DNA of 64,000 nucleotides. Source: an uncultured Methanolobus sp. (GTDB taxonomy: Archaea > Halobacteriota > Methanosarcinia > Methanosarcinales > Methanosarcinaceae). Positions 9,820 to 20,541 of the stretch are shown in pieces (position 1 is the first letter of the stretch; every line of letters begins with the position of its first letter). Location of the stretch: positions 2,048,001 to 2,112,000 of the forward strand of contig OY776215.1 of assembly GCA_963675495.1 (NCBI GenBank), read 5' to 3'. Under the pieces are notes generated by a model. The model ran no database searches. It saw only the letters and a program-made list of their open reading frames with translations, and had not been told where the DNA came from. The translations under genes were made by a program, and so were the position numbers.

Positions 9820-11304
9820 TTATTCCTGGCTTTCGATGAGTTCGTATATCTTATTCATGTCAAGGCAGCTTTCAACTATCTCTGCAAGCTCCTCATATGC
9901 CTCATCTTCAGTTGTAATGGTTTCAGGCTGATACTCTATGCCTTTCTTTTCAGTCAGATAGATCATTAGGGCATGCCTGATGTTCTCATTCTCAAAAAGT
10001 CCGTGAAGATATGTGCCCACTACAGTGCCACTTTCATCAATGCTGCCGTCATCACCAAAAACAGTTCTTGGTGTTTTGGTTGCACCCATGTGAATCTCGT
10101 AGCCCCATATCTCGTCACCCTTAATGTTTTTGAAAATCGGTCCATCGGCTACTACCTCTTTTTGGACCTGGATGGTCTTCTTCTTGTATTCGCCGAATGA
10201 TGTTTCGATGTCAAGCAAACCAAGTCCTTCATAGTCTGCCTCAACTCCGTTCTCTATGCCGGAATCGTGGATAACTTTACCAAGCATCTGATAACCGCCA
10301 CAAATTCCAAAGATAGTTGCTTTTCCTTTAAGGTTGCGTATCTGGATATCCATGCCGCTTTTCTGGAGGTCTTGCAGGTCGCTGACAGTATTTTTTGTAC
10401 CAGGGATTATCACGCAATCAGGTGTTCCCAGATTTTCATCAAGATCAACATACCTGACGTTTGCAATCCTCTCTAGCGGTTCAAAATCAGTAAAATTAGA
10501 TATTCTTGGCAGGCGTACTACTGCAATGTCAATATCGTTAATGTCTTCTTTTTCAACCCTGCCTTTCTTTTTCCTGATGGCCATGGAGTCTTCAGATGGT
10601 ATATTGAGCTTGTAATAAGGGAGAACTCCAAGAACAGGTACATCTGTCAGGTCTTCTAGCTGTTTTAACCCCGGTTCAAGTATTGCAGGGTCGCCCCTGA
10701 ACTTGTTAATGACGAAACCTTTGAGATTCTTGCTGACGTCTTCAGGCAGAAGCTCTTTAGTTCCATAGAGACTTGCAAAAACACCGCCTGATTCGATATC
10801 TCCTACAAGAATGATGGGTGCTTGTGTTATACGCGCGGTTCCAATATTGACGATATCCCTGTCATAGAGGTTGATCTCAGCAGCTCCGCCGGCTCCTTCC
10901 ATGACTATCAGGTCATATTCGGACTCAAGTCTTTCAAGGGCTCCCCTGAGTACACCGTGCATTTCCTCTATGGAATCGTAGTAGTTACCAGCAGTTTTAT
11001 CGGCATACGGCTCCCCAAGGACGATTACCTGTGATGTTCTGTCCCCTTTTGGTTTGAGAAGGACCGGGTTCATGTCAGCAGTTGGCTCAACTCCGGCAGC
11101 TTTGGCCTGTATTGCCTGTGCAATTCCGATCTCTTTTCCGTCTTTTGTGATCCATGAGTTGAGACTCATGTTCTGGGCCTTAAACGGTGCAACCTTATAT
11201 TTTCTGGAAAGGATCTTGCAAAGGCCTGTGACCATTATGCTCTTGCCCACGTCTGATGCAGTACCCAATACCAGTAGTTTCTTAGCTTTTTTCTTATTTT
11301 CCAT
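9820..11304 (-). CDS. cbiP: Cobyric acid synthase
   Basis: GTASDVGKS, PFKAQNMSLNS, EGAG, GICGGYQMLG, GTYLHG. Confidence 0.96.
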   Translation of the reverse strand: MENKKKAKKLLVLGTASDVGKSIMVTGLCKILSRKYKVAPFKAQNMSLNSWITKDGKEIGIAQAIQAKAAGVEPTADMNPVLLKPKGDRTSQVIVLGEPYADKTAGNYYDSIEEMHGVLRGALERLESEYDLIVMEGAGGAAEINLYDRDIVNIGTARITQAPIILVGDIESGGVFASLYGTKELLPEDVSKNLKGFVINKFRGDPAILEPGLKQLEDLTDVPVLGVLPYYKLNIPSEDSMAIRKKKGRVEKEDINDIDIAVVRLPRISNFTDFEPLERIANVRYVDLDENLGTPDCVIIPGTKNTVSDLQDLQKSGMDIQIRNLKGKATIFGICGGYQMLGKVIHDSGIENGVEADYEGLGLLDIETSFGEYKKKTIQVQKEVVADGPIFKNIKGDEIWGYEIHMGATKTPRTVFGDDGSIDESGTVVGTYLHGLFENENIRHALMIYLTEKKGIEYQPETITTEDEAYEELAEIVESCLDMNKIYELIESQE

Positions 11305-11417
11305 TGCAACCGCCCTAAATATTTTTGAATTGCTATACTATTTAGTAATAATGCAACAGTTTTATGAAGGACAACTTATATCTACTTAACTCCAGTTTAT
11401 CTTAGTTAAGGTGGAAC

Positions 11418-11972
11418 ATGACAGAACTTATGCACGTAAGTGGCGGTCCGACAAAACCGGAGATTATTGCAGTTGCCCTATCAAAACTTGATTTAATGGA
11501 TAATTGCAGATTTTTCGACATTGGTTGTGGTACGGGAGCCGTGTCTATAGAAGCTTCAAAAATGGTACGTGATATTAGTATATGTGCTATTGATGCAAGG
11601 GAAAAGGCAATTGATGTAACGAAGAAAAATTTCGAAGCATTTAAGATTACCAATGCCCAAGTGTTTTCCGGTGAATCATCTGAGATCCTGGAAAAGCAGG
11701 ATGTTGGTTCGATAGATTGTGCATTTATAGGTGGCACAAAGAATATTTCCCGTGTGCTTGAAGTGCTTGCTGAAAAAAAGACAAAGAGTATTGTGGTTAA
11801 CGCAGTCAGGATCGAAACGGTCGTAAACGTAATAAATAAGATGAAAGAACTTGACTTATTCGATGAGGTACTGCATTTAATTGTTTCGCGTGGTGCACCG
11901 ATTACCGGTGAAACCATGTTCAAACCTGAAAACCCGGTATATGTTGTTGTCGGTAGATCAGGTAAGAATTAA
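11418..11972 (+). CDS. cbiT: Cobalt-precorrin-6B C15-methyltransferase (decarboxylating)
   Basis: GPTKPEI, DIGCGTGAVS, AFIGG, NPVY. Confidence 0.92.
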   Translation: MTELMHVSGGPTKPEIIAVALSKLDLMDNCRFFDIGCGTGAVSIEASKMVRDISICAIDAREKAIDVTKKNFEAFKITNAQVFSGESSEILEKQDVGSIDCAFIGGTKNISRVLEVLAEKKTKSIVVNAVRIETVVNVINKMKELDLFDEVLHLIVSRGAPITGETMFKPENPVYVVVGRSGKN

Positions 11973-11998
11973 TCTTTAATCTTGATGGTGATAAAAAA

Positions 11999-12610
11999 AT
12001 GCTTGTTGGAGTTGGACTTGGTCCGGGAGATCCGGAGCTTCTTACATTGAAAGCTGTTGAAAGCCTGAAAAATGCATACAAGGTATACGTTCCCGGTCCC
12101 ATGGCTGCGGACCTGGTGGCACCTTATGCAAAGGCAGAGATCCTTGAATTCCCCATGTTGACAGATTATGATGTGCTAAATGCCGTCTGGAAAAAGAATG
12201 CTGACATGCTTGCTGAAGAATCAAAGGACAACCTTGTTGTTTTTGGTCTTATCGGCGATCCTAACTTTTTCTCAACATTCACTCATTTAAAGCGTGTGAT
12301 GAAAAAGTTCTATCCTGATGTTGAAACAGGAACAATTCCGGGCATCAGTTCTATTACATCATTTGCAGCACAGACCGGGGCAGAAGTTGACTCTTCTTTT
12401 GAGGTCAGCGATGGTTCAGATAGCCAGTATAAGATCAGGTTGAAGGCAAGTAAACCACTTGAGATCATCAACTCATTTGAAAAGGAAGGTTTTAATAAAT
12501 TCACATTCTGTGAACGCCTTTTCAGTGATAGGGAAGTTATTATTACAGAAAGAGAGAAGATTCCTGAAAAGGGCAACTATTTCAGTATAGTCTTCGCAGA
12601 AAAGGAATAG
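11999..12610 (+). CDS. cbiL: Cobalt-factor II C20-methyltransferase
   Basis: [30 protein letters not shown]. Confidence 0.9.
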   Translation: MLVGVGLGPGDPELLTLKAVESLKNAYKVYVPGPMAADLVAPYAKAEILEFPMLTDYDVLNAVWKKNADMLAEESKDNLVVFGLIGDPNFFSTFTHLKRVMKKFYPDVETGTIPGISSITSFAAQTGAEVDSSFEVSDGSDSQYKIRLKASKPLEIINSFEKEGFNKFTFCERLFSDREVIITEREKIPEKGNYFSIVFAEKE

Positions 12611-12627
12611 TCACAAGGAGAATCAAG

Positions 12628-13371
12628 ATGACAGATAAAAAAGTCTATTTTGTAGGGTCAGGCCCCGGAAATGCGAAATATATAACCGTAATGGGCAAAG
12701 AGCTTCTTGAAGGAGCAGACCTTGTAATATATGCAGGTTCCCTTGTGAATCCTGAAGTGCTTAATTACTCTAAAGGGGAAAAAATCGACAGTTACGGACT
12801 TACCCTTGATGAAACCAACAAACTGATCGTTGATAACCTCAATGCAGGCAAGAAAGTTGTAAGGTTACACAGTGGCGATCCATCACTCTATGGTTCCATC
12901 GTTGAGCAGATCGAAGAACTGAAGAAATTCGATGTAGTGGTTGAGATCATACCAGGTGTCTCTTCAGTATTTGCAACTGCAGCTGCATTGCAGACACAGC
13001 TTACCCTAAATGACGTTTCAGAAACTCTTATTATTACACGCCCTGCCGGCAAGACCCTTGAGAAGGACCAGATAAAGGAGCTCTCAAGACACAACGCAAC
13101 AATGGCTGTTTTCCTGGGAACCCAGAAAATAGAGCAAATAATGGAAAAGGTGGAATATGCACCTGACACACCGGTTGCAGTGGTTTTCCATGCATCCTGG
13201 CCAGACCAGAAGATAATAAAAGGTACTGTGGCAGATATCGCCGGAAAGGTAAAGGAAGCAGGCATCATACGTTCTGCAATGATCCTTATCGGTGGAGTTG
13301 TTGATCCTGTGGACTATGGAAATTACGGGAGGTCTTACTTATACGGAGTGGCACAAGAACCGCTATCATAA
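12628..13371 (+). CDS. cbiF: Cobalt-precorrin-4 C11-methyltransferase
   Basis: [28 protein letters not shown]. Confidence 0.93.
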   Translation: MTDKKVYFVGSGPGNAKYITVMGKELLEGADLVIYAGSLVNPEVLNYSKGEKIDSYGLTLDETNKLIVDNLNAGKKVVRLHSGDPSLYGSIVEQIEELKKFDVVVEIIPGVSSVFATAAALQTQLTLNDVSETLIITRPAGKTLEKDQIKELSRHNATMAVFLGTQKIEQIMEKVEYAPDTPVAVVFHASWPDQKIIKGTVADIAGKVKEAGIIRSAMILIGGVVDPVDYGNYGRSYLYGVAQEPLS

Positions 13372-13880
13372 CCTTTGAGAGAAATCTTGAGGTTGCAGAG
13401 CGCCTGGCAGGACATCTGAACGCTGATGTTCTTATGTACGATAAAAGCGTCTTCAAAAGGGCCTTTGAGCAGTATGATGTCATCGTGGCAGTATTCGCCA
13501 CGGGCATTGTTGTGCGTGAGATCGCACCACTTATTGAAGATAAATGGAAGGATCCTGCAGTTATTGTAGTGGATTCGAGTATGAATTTCGCGATTCCACT
13601 GCTTGGCGGTCATCATGGAGGCAATGAGGCTGTCAGAAAGATAGCTGAAATTGGTCCTGTTCCGGTTGTCACAACTGCTACGGAAGTTCATAACAGAAAT
13701 TCCGTTGAGGGTATTGCCAAATCCCTTGGATGTAATATTGTGAACAAACCTTCCACTGTGCAGGTGAACTGTGCTTTGCTTGATGAGGATGTTGAGGTCC
13801 TTGAAATAAAAGGTCCTAAAATAGTCATTGTCGGGGACGATGTTTCGGTCCTGAAAAAAGAAAAGGCAGAAAACGCATGA
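13341..13880 (+). CDS. cbiG: Cobalt-precorrin-5A hydrolase, N-terminal subunit (probable ATA start)
   Basis: [28 protein letters not shown] motifs; frame is open upstream of ATG 13434 to an ATA at 13341 preceded by GGAGGT. Confidence 0.88.
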   Translation: MRSGTRTAIITFERNLEVAERLAGHLNADVLMYDKSVFKRAFEQYDVIVAVFATGIVVREIAPLIEDKWKDPAVIVVDSSMNFAIPLLGGHHGGNEAVRKIAEIGPVPVVTTATEVHNRNSVEGIAKSLGCNIVNKPSTVQVNCALLDEDVEVLEIKGPKIVIVGDDVSVLKKEKAENA

Positions 13881-14230
13881 TCATAGGTATCGGAGCCCGA
13901 AGGGGCATCAACAGCCAGGAAGCAATCGATGCTATCAATAATGCGCTTGCTGAGGCAGGCAGAAGTATCGATGACGTGCATGCTCTGGCATCTGCTAAAT
14001 TAAAAGAGAACGAAGCGGGTCTTCATGAGGCAGCAGAAATTCTCGGAATTGGAATTACTTTCATTGATCACGATGAATTGAATACTTATGATGCGCCATC
14101 AGCTTCGCAGGCAAAACGCTTCGGGCTTAGAGGTGTGGCAGAACCTGCTGCATTGGCGTTGTCGGAAAAAAAAGAATTGATACTAAGGAAGAAAGTATAT
14201 GGTAGGGTCACAATCGCAATCGCAGAGTGA
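13877..14230 (+). CDS. CbiG C-terminal / CobE-like subunit
   Basis: [28 protein letters not shown]. Confidence 0.88.
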   Translation: MIIGIGARRGINSQEAIDAINNALAEAGRSIDDVHALASAKLKENEAGLHEAAEILGIGITFIDHDELNTYDAPSASQAKRFGLRGVAEPAALALSEKKELILRKKVYGRVTIAIAE

Positions 14231-14996
14231 AGCAAAAGGAAAGCTTTACATTATTGGTATAGGTCCGGGTTCTGTCGAACAGTTAACTGTTAAGGCAAGG
14301 GATGTAATCCTTAATTCTGATTATATTGTCGGAAACGGTACCTATCTTGACCAGATGGCAAGCCTGCTGGACAAACAGGAGATCGTTCGCAGTGCCATGG
14401 GTAAGGAAGTTGACCGTTCACGCAAGGCAGTGGAGCTTGCACAGGAAAACGTTGTTTCCATGATAAGCGGTGGGGATGCAAACATTTACGGTATGGCAGG
14501 TCTTGTCCTTGAAGTGGCAGAACACGCAGATCTGGATGTTGAGATAGAGGTCCTTCCGGGTGTCACAGCTATCACAGCAGCAGCAAGTGTGCTTGGTGCA
14601 CCTATCGTTAATGACATGTGTACAGTAAGTCTCAGTGATCTTCTGACTCCGTGGGAAGTAATTGAGAAAAGGCTTGATGCAGCAGCATCCGCAGACTTTG
14701 TGATGTCACTGTACAACCCAAAGAGCCGCCAGCGCAAATCCAATTTCTCAAAGGCTATTGAGATTATCAGGCGTCACAAGGATGATTCAGTTCCTGTTGG
14801 TCTTGTAAAGAATGCCCTGAGGGACAAGGATCAGGATTACATAGTCACAACCCTTGGCGAGGTAATGGATCACAATGACTGGGTGGACATGAGCACTACT
14901 ATTCTTATCACCACCAATGATTCCCGTATATGGGAGTCCGAACATGGCAAGAGGATAATTACACCAAGGGGGTATCATAGGAAATATGACTACTGA
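14199..14996 (+). CDS. cbiH: Cobalt-precorrin-3 C17-methyltransferase
   Basis: GIGPG, SGGDANIYGMA, SLSDLLTPWE.IEKRL, LYNPKS, TPRGY. Confidence 0.95.
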   Translation: MVGSQSQSQSEAKGKLYIIGIGPGSVEQLTVKARDVILNSDYIVGNGTYLDQMASLLDKQEIVRSAMGKEVDRSRKAVELAQENVVSMISGGDANIYGMAGLVLEVAEHADLDVEIEVLPGVTAITAAASVLGAPIVNDMCTVSLSDLLTPWEVIEKRLDAAASADFVMSLYNPKSRQRKSNFSKAIEIIRRHKDDSVPVGLVKNALRDKDQDYIVTTLGEVMDHNDWVDMSTTILITTNDSRIWESEHGKRIITPRGYHRKYDY

Positions 14997-15705
14997 ATCC
15001 AAAAAGACAGACGCAAGTATCGAAGAACTTGTGGAAATGACCACTGAGATCGACCCTGAGCTTGTGGATATCTGTACCGACCTTGGGTCACAAACCGATG
15101 AGGCCAAGGCAATTTACATGACCAGTCGCAATATTGCTAAAAAGCTCGTTGGCGATGATACTATTGAGGATAAAGTAAGGCAGCGTTGTGTTACCTCAAC
15201 AGGTGACCCTGCGGTTGCAGACCTCATGCGTTTTGTCAATGATCCTATCAAAGCAGGCGTGGAAGCTATTAAAAAAGGTGCTCCTATTCTTGTTGACATC
15301 AACATGGTCAAGGCAGGTATCACCAAGAGGGGTCATAACTGTGAGATTATCTGTGTACTCGACAAGGATGAGGATGCAGAATTTGCACGCAAGCATGGAA
15401 TCACAAGGACTGCAGCAGGTTTCCTGAAATGCAAGGACATACTTGAAGGTTCTATTGTCGCTATCGGAAACGCACCATCAGCTGCTTTTGCAGTATGCAG
15501 GATGGTTGAGCACGGTATCAAACCGGCAATTGTTGTTGGCACTCCTGTAGGATTCGTCAATGCAGCAGAATCCAAGGAAGTTGTCAGAGGCGCACCGGTT
15601 CCATCTATTACATGTGTTGGAACACGTGGTGGAACTCCAATGGCAGTTGCATGTGTCAATGAACTTGTAGCAATAGCAAACGATGATGAATGTGTCATTG
15701 ATTGA
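14986..15705 (+). CDS. cbiC: Cobalt-precorrin-8 methylmutase
   Basis: DINMVKAGI, TRTAAG, IGNAPSA, GTPVGFVNAAESK, RGGTP. Confidence 0.95.
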   Translation: MTTESKKTDASIEELVEMTTEIDPELVDICTDLGSQTDEAKAIYMTSRNIAKKLVGDDTIEDKVRQRCVTSTGDPAVADLMRFVNDPIKAGVEAIKKGAPILVDINMVKAGITKRGHNCEIICVLDKDEDAEFARKHGITRTAAGFLKCKDILEGSIVAIGNAPSAAFAVCRMVEHGIKPAIVVGTPVGFVNAAESKEVVRGAPVPSITCVGTRGGTPMAVACVNELVAIANDDECVID

Positions 15706-15762
15706 ACACATTCACTTTTTCTAATTTTTGTTCTTATTCTGACTGTTCTCTTGTTTCTGTTA

Positions 15763-17583
15763 TTACTGTTTTCTTCTGTTGGTCACAATGAATGAACATA
15801 TCAGCAAAGCAATTACTCCGATGATTCCTGTAAATCCGGGCGAATCTTCTTCATGTCTTTCCTGAGTTGCCTGTGGTACATTTGCATTTTCTGCGGCCAG
15901 CTGATAATTCTTGTTGCTGCCGATGGTGTATGAACCTGTGTCAGGCGCCCTGTCATACAGTGTACGGCTGGACTTGTCCGGATTAAGGTGAACTTGTCCG
16001 ATTCCTGTCTTTACATCTTCGCCTGAAAGCCATTCCTTTGTCTTATCAGTTTCCGGGATATTGGCACCATAGACCACAAGAGCGGTTTCCACATCTATGT
16101 TCATGTTCCCGTCATCATTGCCAAGTAACACTGATGGAATGCTAAGGTACATTTTGTTGTCCTGCATGGTTACAAGGTGTGAAACTTCCTTTACTCCGAA
16201 TTTTCCATCATAGTATCCTATCATGGTGGCAGCAAGTTTACCGTACATCAGATTGTAGACAAGTGAGTAATCTTCCGTTCCATCCTGGTTAGTATCAAAG
16301 GAAATAGTTGTGATAGCGCCATCGTCCAGACTCAGGCTGGTATAGGTGACAGTTATGAGCATTTTGTCTTCAGAGAATCCTGTATCTACGGATACGATAT
16401 CGTCCCCATCATGTCCGAAGCCTGTGGAATCAGATGCAGGGTCTGTGAATCTTGTCCTATCATTCCCATAGCTTAGTAATGCTTTTATGGAACCTTCTGA
16501 AGTATCAATTGCTCCATTACCGTTGTCGGGTATGCTGTCAATATTGCCTCCAAGGGCATCATTTATTGTGAAGGAATCAACCGTCAAGTACATTTTCCCG
16601 TCATCATTTCCAAGTAGTACAAGTGGAACACCGATGAAAACCTGGTTTCCAGAGACTTTGAACGTACCATCATTGTATGGTACTCCCAAGCTTCTTGTGA
16701 TTGTGTCAGAGTATCCCTCTTTTGCAAGAGCAGAATTTTTATTTATCATCCTTATGTCTACATCTGTGCCTGTAAGGCTTCCAACGGTGTACTCAATAAT
16801 GTAGTCCACTCCAAATGTTGGAGGAGCTTGCTCAGTATTGGTAAAACCTGTTGCTAGCTGCTGGTCAATATCAATGTTAACCCAGCCGGTGATATCCTCT
16901 CCATATGAAAAGGCGTTGGGTTCGACATTATTGGCATAGGTTATTACAAGGGCCAACCTCCCATTTCCAACAGTTGCCTCAATATTTTCTATATCTGCAA
17001 CACCGCCATTTCCTGTCATGTCGGTGATGCGTGTGTTGCTTGCAGCAGTTTGCGTTATTTTGACATCTCCTGTATTGGTGTCAATTACTCCATAATCAGG
17101 TGCTCTGTCAAAATCGAGTGCTTTTACCATCTGGTCGTGGACCGCAACGAAAACATCGGCACTTCCGTCATCATTGCCAAGCATCCACAAGGGTAGCGTG
17201 ATGTATATGGTATTGCCCTGGGCAAGGATTGTGCCTGAGTCTACCATGTCATCATTAAGTGTCGTGGTTATCATGGGGTCAGAGTAGATTATGCTCATGT
17301 AATTGAATTGGTATACATAATCTGCCCCATTGTCTGAATATCCTGTATGGATGTTCTGGTCTGTGTCAATGAAAACAGCTCCATAAAAACTATAATCTGC
17401 AATATCCTCTGTACATGTTAAGATAATATTGAGATTGTTTCCATCATTTGAAACATCCAGTGAACTTATGTCAGGGGAGTAAAAATCTCCGGTCGTATCC
17501 GGAATGGCAGCCAACGATGTAGTTAAAATGCAAGTATAAATTATAGCAATAATTCCAGTTAATATCGATTTTCTGAATTCCAC
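15763..17583 (-). CDS. Secreted cell-surface protein with three repeated beta-rich domains and PGF-CTERM anchor
   Basis: N-terminal signal peptide; C-terminal SPGF + TM + RRK; three L(L)GNDDG-containing repeats. Confidence 0.8.
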   Translation of the reverse strand: MEFRKSILTGIIAIIYTCILTTSLAAIPDTTGDFYSPDISSLDVSNDGNNLNIILTCTEDIADYSFYGAVFIDTDQNIHTGYSDNGADYVYQFNYMSIIYSDPMITTTLNDDMVDSGTILAQGNTIYITLPLWMLGNDDGSADVFVAVHDQMVKALDFDRAPDYGVIDTNTGDVKITQTAASNTRITDMTGNGGVADIENIEATVGNGRLALVITYANNVEPNAFSYGEDITGWVNIDIDQQLATGFTNTEQAPPTFGVDYIIEYTVGSLTGTDVDIRMINKNSALAKEGYSDTITRSLGVPYNDGTFKVSGNQVFIGVPLVLLGNDDGKMYLTVDSFTINDALGGNIDSIPDNGNGAIDTSEGSIKALLSYGNDRTRFTDPASDSTGFGHDGDDIVSVDTGFSEDKMLITVTYTSLSLDDGAITTISFDTNQDGTEDYSLVYNLMYGKLAATMIGYYDGKFGVKEVSHLVTMQDNKMYLSIPSVLLGNDDGNMNIDVETALVVYGANIPETDKTKEWLSGEDVKTGIGQVHLNPDKSSRTLYDRAPDTGSYTIGSNKNYQLAAENANVPQATQERHEEDSPGFTGIIGVIALLICSFIVTNRRKQ

Positions 17584-17690
17584 TGTACCACCAACAAACT
17601 CTTTAGGTCAATTCATCTCAATTGACCTTAATAAAAACAATAGTTGGTTGATATTTAATCCTTATGAAATTATTAGTTGCATTTACTGGA

Positions 17691-18344
17691 TCATACATAG
17701 CCAACAAGATGGTTAGTGTAGACCATCCATAGGCCAACAACTATCAGTATTATTCCTGCCACTTTTTTAAGTTCAATGTCAAACTCTGATAGTCTGCCAA
17801 GCCTGTTCCCGGACAGTTTTGCTGAATAGGCAATGATGGTCATTGGGACAGCAAAGCCCATGGAATATATGAATAGAAGTGTAGTGCCGTATAGTACATC
17901 ACTTTCAAGCGCTACCAATGTGAGTATGGAAGCAAGGATCGGTCCGACACATGGGATCCATACAATTCCAAGAGAAATGCCTATTGCAAGCCCGCCGAAA
18001 AGTCCTTTTCCTTCAGTGTGGATCCTCCCGGTGTATTGTGAAAGAAAAGAGAGTGTGTCCTTTTCCATTAGCATTGAAAGTCCCATAAAGATTATTATGA
18101 GTTCAGCCAGTATTCTAAGCTCATTGAGATGGGGAAGTAAATATTCTCCAAAGGCAGCTGCAGCAATGCCCATGGTCGTGAATGATATTGTAAGCCCTGT
18201 GATGATTGCAATGGGTCGGAGCTTGCTTTCTCCGGTAGAATAAGCCAGGATGATCGGAAGTAGTGGGAGCACACATGGGGAGAGCACACTCAAGATCCCT
18301 GCAAAAAAAGCGGCAATTGGTGTGAGTGAAGTAGCTTCCAGCAT
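17691..18344 (-). CDS. ccdA: CcdA/DsbD-family disulfide transporter
   Basis: SPCVLPLLP and WIPCVGPILA motifs, 6 TM. Confidence 0.92.
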   Translation of the reverse strand: MLEATSLTPIAAFFAGILSVLSPCVLPLLPIILAYSTGESKLRPIAIITGLTISFTTMGIAAAAFGEYLLPHLNELRILAELIIIFMGLSMLMEKDTLSFLSQYTGRIHTEGKGLFGGLAIGISLGIVWIPCVGPILASILTLVALESDVLYGTTLLFIYSMGFAVPMTIIAYSAKLSGNRLGRLSEFDIELKKVAGIILIVVGLWMVYTNHLVGYV

Positions 18345-18361
18345 ATTTGTCCACTGCTTAA

Positions 18362-18832
18362 TTATTGCCTGTACTCGATTGCTGCATCAAGTACACCACT
18401 TAGTGTTTTTTTGGTGGTCAGGCCTATAAATCTTGCTTTATTTCTATCTGTAGTTGCCTGTCCGTTCGCTCCCATATAAATGTAACCGTTGTCACTTCTT
18501 TCAGCAATAACAAATGAGTCAGGAATGGAATAGATGTTGAAACTAGCTGCAATAGCTCCTGTTTTCTTTGTATTTATATACATGACCGCAGCTGTGCCTT
18601 CATAATCATTTGCGATGTCTGCAATAATGGGTTTCAAGGCAATACATGCGGGGCAGGTATCCGAACCAATCTCTACCAGAACCGGGCCTTCTACGAGTGC
18701 ATCGTTCAATTGCTGGATATTGGCAACAGTGATAATTGCACTATCTTCTGCAGCTTTATTGTCTCCTATGAGCCCTACAATAATAAAAAGTACTGCGATG
18801 ATCGCTACTGCAGGCAGGATTATTTTATTCAT
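18362..18832 (-). CDS. Membrane-anchored thioredoxin family protein
   Basis: N-terminal hydrophobic anchor, CPAC active site, cis-Pro (SIP); paired with ccdA. Confidence 0.88.
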   Translation of the reverse strand: MNKIILPAVAIIAVLFIIVGLIGDNKAAEDSAIITVANIQQLNDALVEGPVLVEIGSDTCPACIALKPIIADIANDYEGTAAVMYINTKKTGAIAASFNIYSIPDSFVIAERSDNGYIYMGANGQATTDRNKARFIGLTTKKTLSGVLDAAIEYRQ

Positions 18833-18935
18833 GCTATTCTCATTGTTCGTCTACTATAAAACAATATTGTTTTGTGTTTGTGTGTTATGTTGGGACTTAC
18901 ATACAAAACTGTGCGTCATAAAATTAATTAATCTG

Positions 18936-19616
18936 TTATTTTTGAAGAACTTTCCATTTAAGCAAAATTCCTTCTTCTATTTTTTCAGCATCCATTAGCT
19001 CAAGTTTTAAAAGCTCGTTTTCCGGGAATCCTACCCCATCAACAAAAGTTGGAGAGTTTTGTCCTCCGATTATCACGTTTCCCACGAATGTGTATATTTC
19101 ATCAACAAGGCCATTGGAAAGCATTCCCCAGTTAAGTGTCGCTCCACCTTCTACCATTAATCGCTTGATGCCATGTTCTTTAAGTTTTTGCATGGCTTCA
19201 AAAAGGTGTACTTTTTCCTTTCCGGCTACAATTATCTCTGCCTTCTCTTTAAGTTCAGTTATTTTAGCTTGTGGGGCAGATTCCGAAACGATTATGATTC
19301 GTTTGCCTTTTCCTTTTTTGAAAATATCAGCATCAATGGGTGTTCTTGCATTGCTGTCTACAATAATTCTCACAGGATTTTCATCAAGACCTGTTTTTAT
19401 TCTTTTCTCCTGAAGTTCGGAAGATTTTACAGTCAGGCTTGGGTCATCTGTAAGAACCGTCCCAATACCTACCATGATGGCATCAGACCCAGCCCGCAGT
19501 TGATCCATGCGGTTAAAATCAATGTTGCCGGATATTTTAACCTGTTTTCTTTCCTTTGTGGAAATCTTGCCGTCAGCAGACATTGCTGAATTTATGAATA
19601 TGAATGGGCGTTCCAT
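18936..19616 (-). CDS. 2,5-diamino-6-(ribosylamino)-4(3H)-pyrimidinone 5'-phosphate reductase (RibD C-terminal/Rib7 type)
   Basis: AMSADGKI, VGIGTVL.DDPSL, LMVEGG; start re-chosen at 19616. Confidence 0.92.
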   Translation of the reverse strand: MERPFIFINSAMSADGKISTKERKQVKISGNIDFNRMDQLRAGSDAIMVGIGTVLTDDPSLTVKSSELQEKRIKTGLDENPVRIIVDSNARTPIDADIFKKGKGKRIIIVSESAPQAKITELKEKAEIIVAGKEKVHLFEAMQKLKEHGIKRLMVEGGATLNWGMLSNGLVDEIYTFVGNVIIGGQNSPTFVDGVGFPENELLKLELMDAEKIEEGILLKWKVLQK

Positions 19617-19675
19617 AAGAATCACTGAAATAAAAAAGAATTGTGGGTAATTAATACCCAAAAATAAATAATGCT

Positions 19676-20530
19676 TTAATTCAATTCTGCAATAGCCTGC
19701 ATGATATTACGATCACGCAGAAGTCCAAGGAATCTCTGGTTAGCATTGACAATTGGTATCTGGTCTATCTTGTTTCTCTTCATCTTCAATGCGCATTCGC
19801 TGACGCCTGATATATAGGCGGCTTTCACAATATCTGCGATCATTATGTCCTTTACAGGTATGTTAGGTACCTTTACTCTTGAAACACTGTAATAAATGCT
19901 CATGGTATCTCTCATGGATTCCCATGTCCATTCATCATCATCTGAACCATTGGACATATCAGACATTTCTACAGAATCTTCAATTACACTGGCATTTATG
20001 ATGTCTCTATCAGTAATTATGCCTACTACTTCAAGGTTACTGTCTATAACAGGAGCTGCCTTTGATTTTGCAAGTTCCATTATTCTGGCTGCAACATTTA
20101 ATGGTGTATCTGTCCACACTGGAACTACAGTTCGATTGAGGTATTGCCCAACATGATCATCAATGCCCATCTCTGCAATAGCTGCAACAATATCTGCGAC
20201 AGAAACGATTCCAAGTAATTTATCATCCTTCACTACAGGAAGTCTTCTGATATCGTTGTCCAAAAGGATCTTTGATGCAGTTGTTATATCTGAATCAGGG
20301 TCTATTACTACAGGATCGCGTGTCATTAAAAGTGCTAATTGCTCCTCTTCCGGATTATTTAGAAGATTTGCCCTGCTGACAATTCCCACAATCTTTCCAT
20401 CTTTTAATACAGGTACTCCTGATACTCTTTTATCTTTCAGGAGAGTATGGACTTCGTCCCTTGAGCCTGGAAGAGTTGCATATGCAACGTTTGTCTTCAT
20501 TATCTCTGAGACTTTGATGTTTTTTGGCAT
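19676..20530 (-). CDS. CBS domain protein (four CBS)
   Basis: SGVPV, IRRLPVV, IDQIPIV repeats. Confidence 0.9.
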   Translation of the reverse strand: MPKNIKVSEIMKTNVAYATLPGSRDEVHTLLKDKRVSGVPVLKDGKIVGIVSRANLLNNPEEEQLALLMTRDPVVIDPDSDITTASKILLDNDIRRLPVVKDDKLLGIVSVADIVAAIAEMGIDDHVGQYLNRTVVPVWTDTPLNVAARIMELAKSKAAPVIDSNLEVVGIITDRDIINASVIEDSVEMSDMSNGSDDDEWTWESMRDTMSIYYSVSRVKVPNIPVKDIMIADIVKAAYISGVSECALKMKRNKIDQIPIVNANQRFLGLLRDRNIMQAIAELN

Positions 20531-20541
20531 GTTTAAACTCC

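Noticed and set aside
11304-11418. Cobalamin riboswitch between divergent cbiP and cbiT
   Set aside because: Only about 110 nt, AT-rich, with no B12-box or structure
12608-12630. Pyrrolysine readthrough fusing cbiL (TAG stop) to cbiF
   Set aside because: cbiF is in a different frame and a TGA follows within 7 codons
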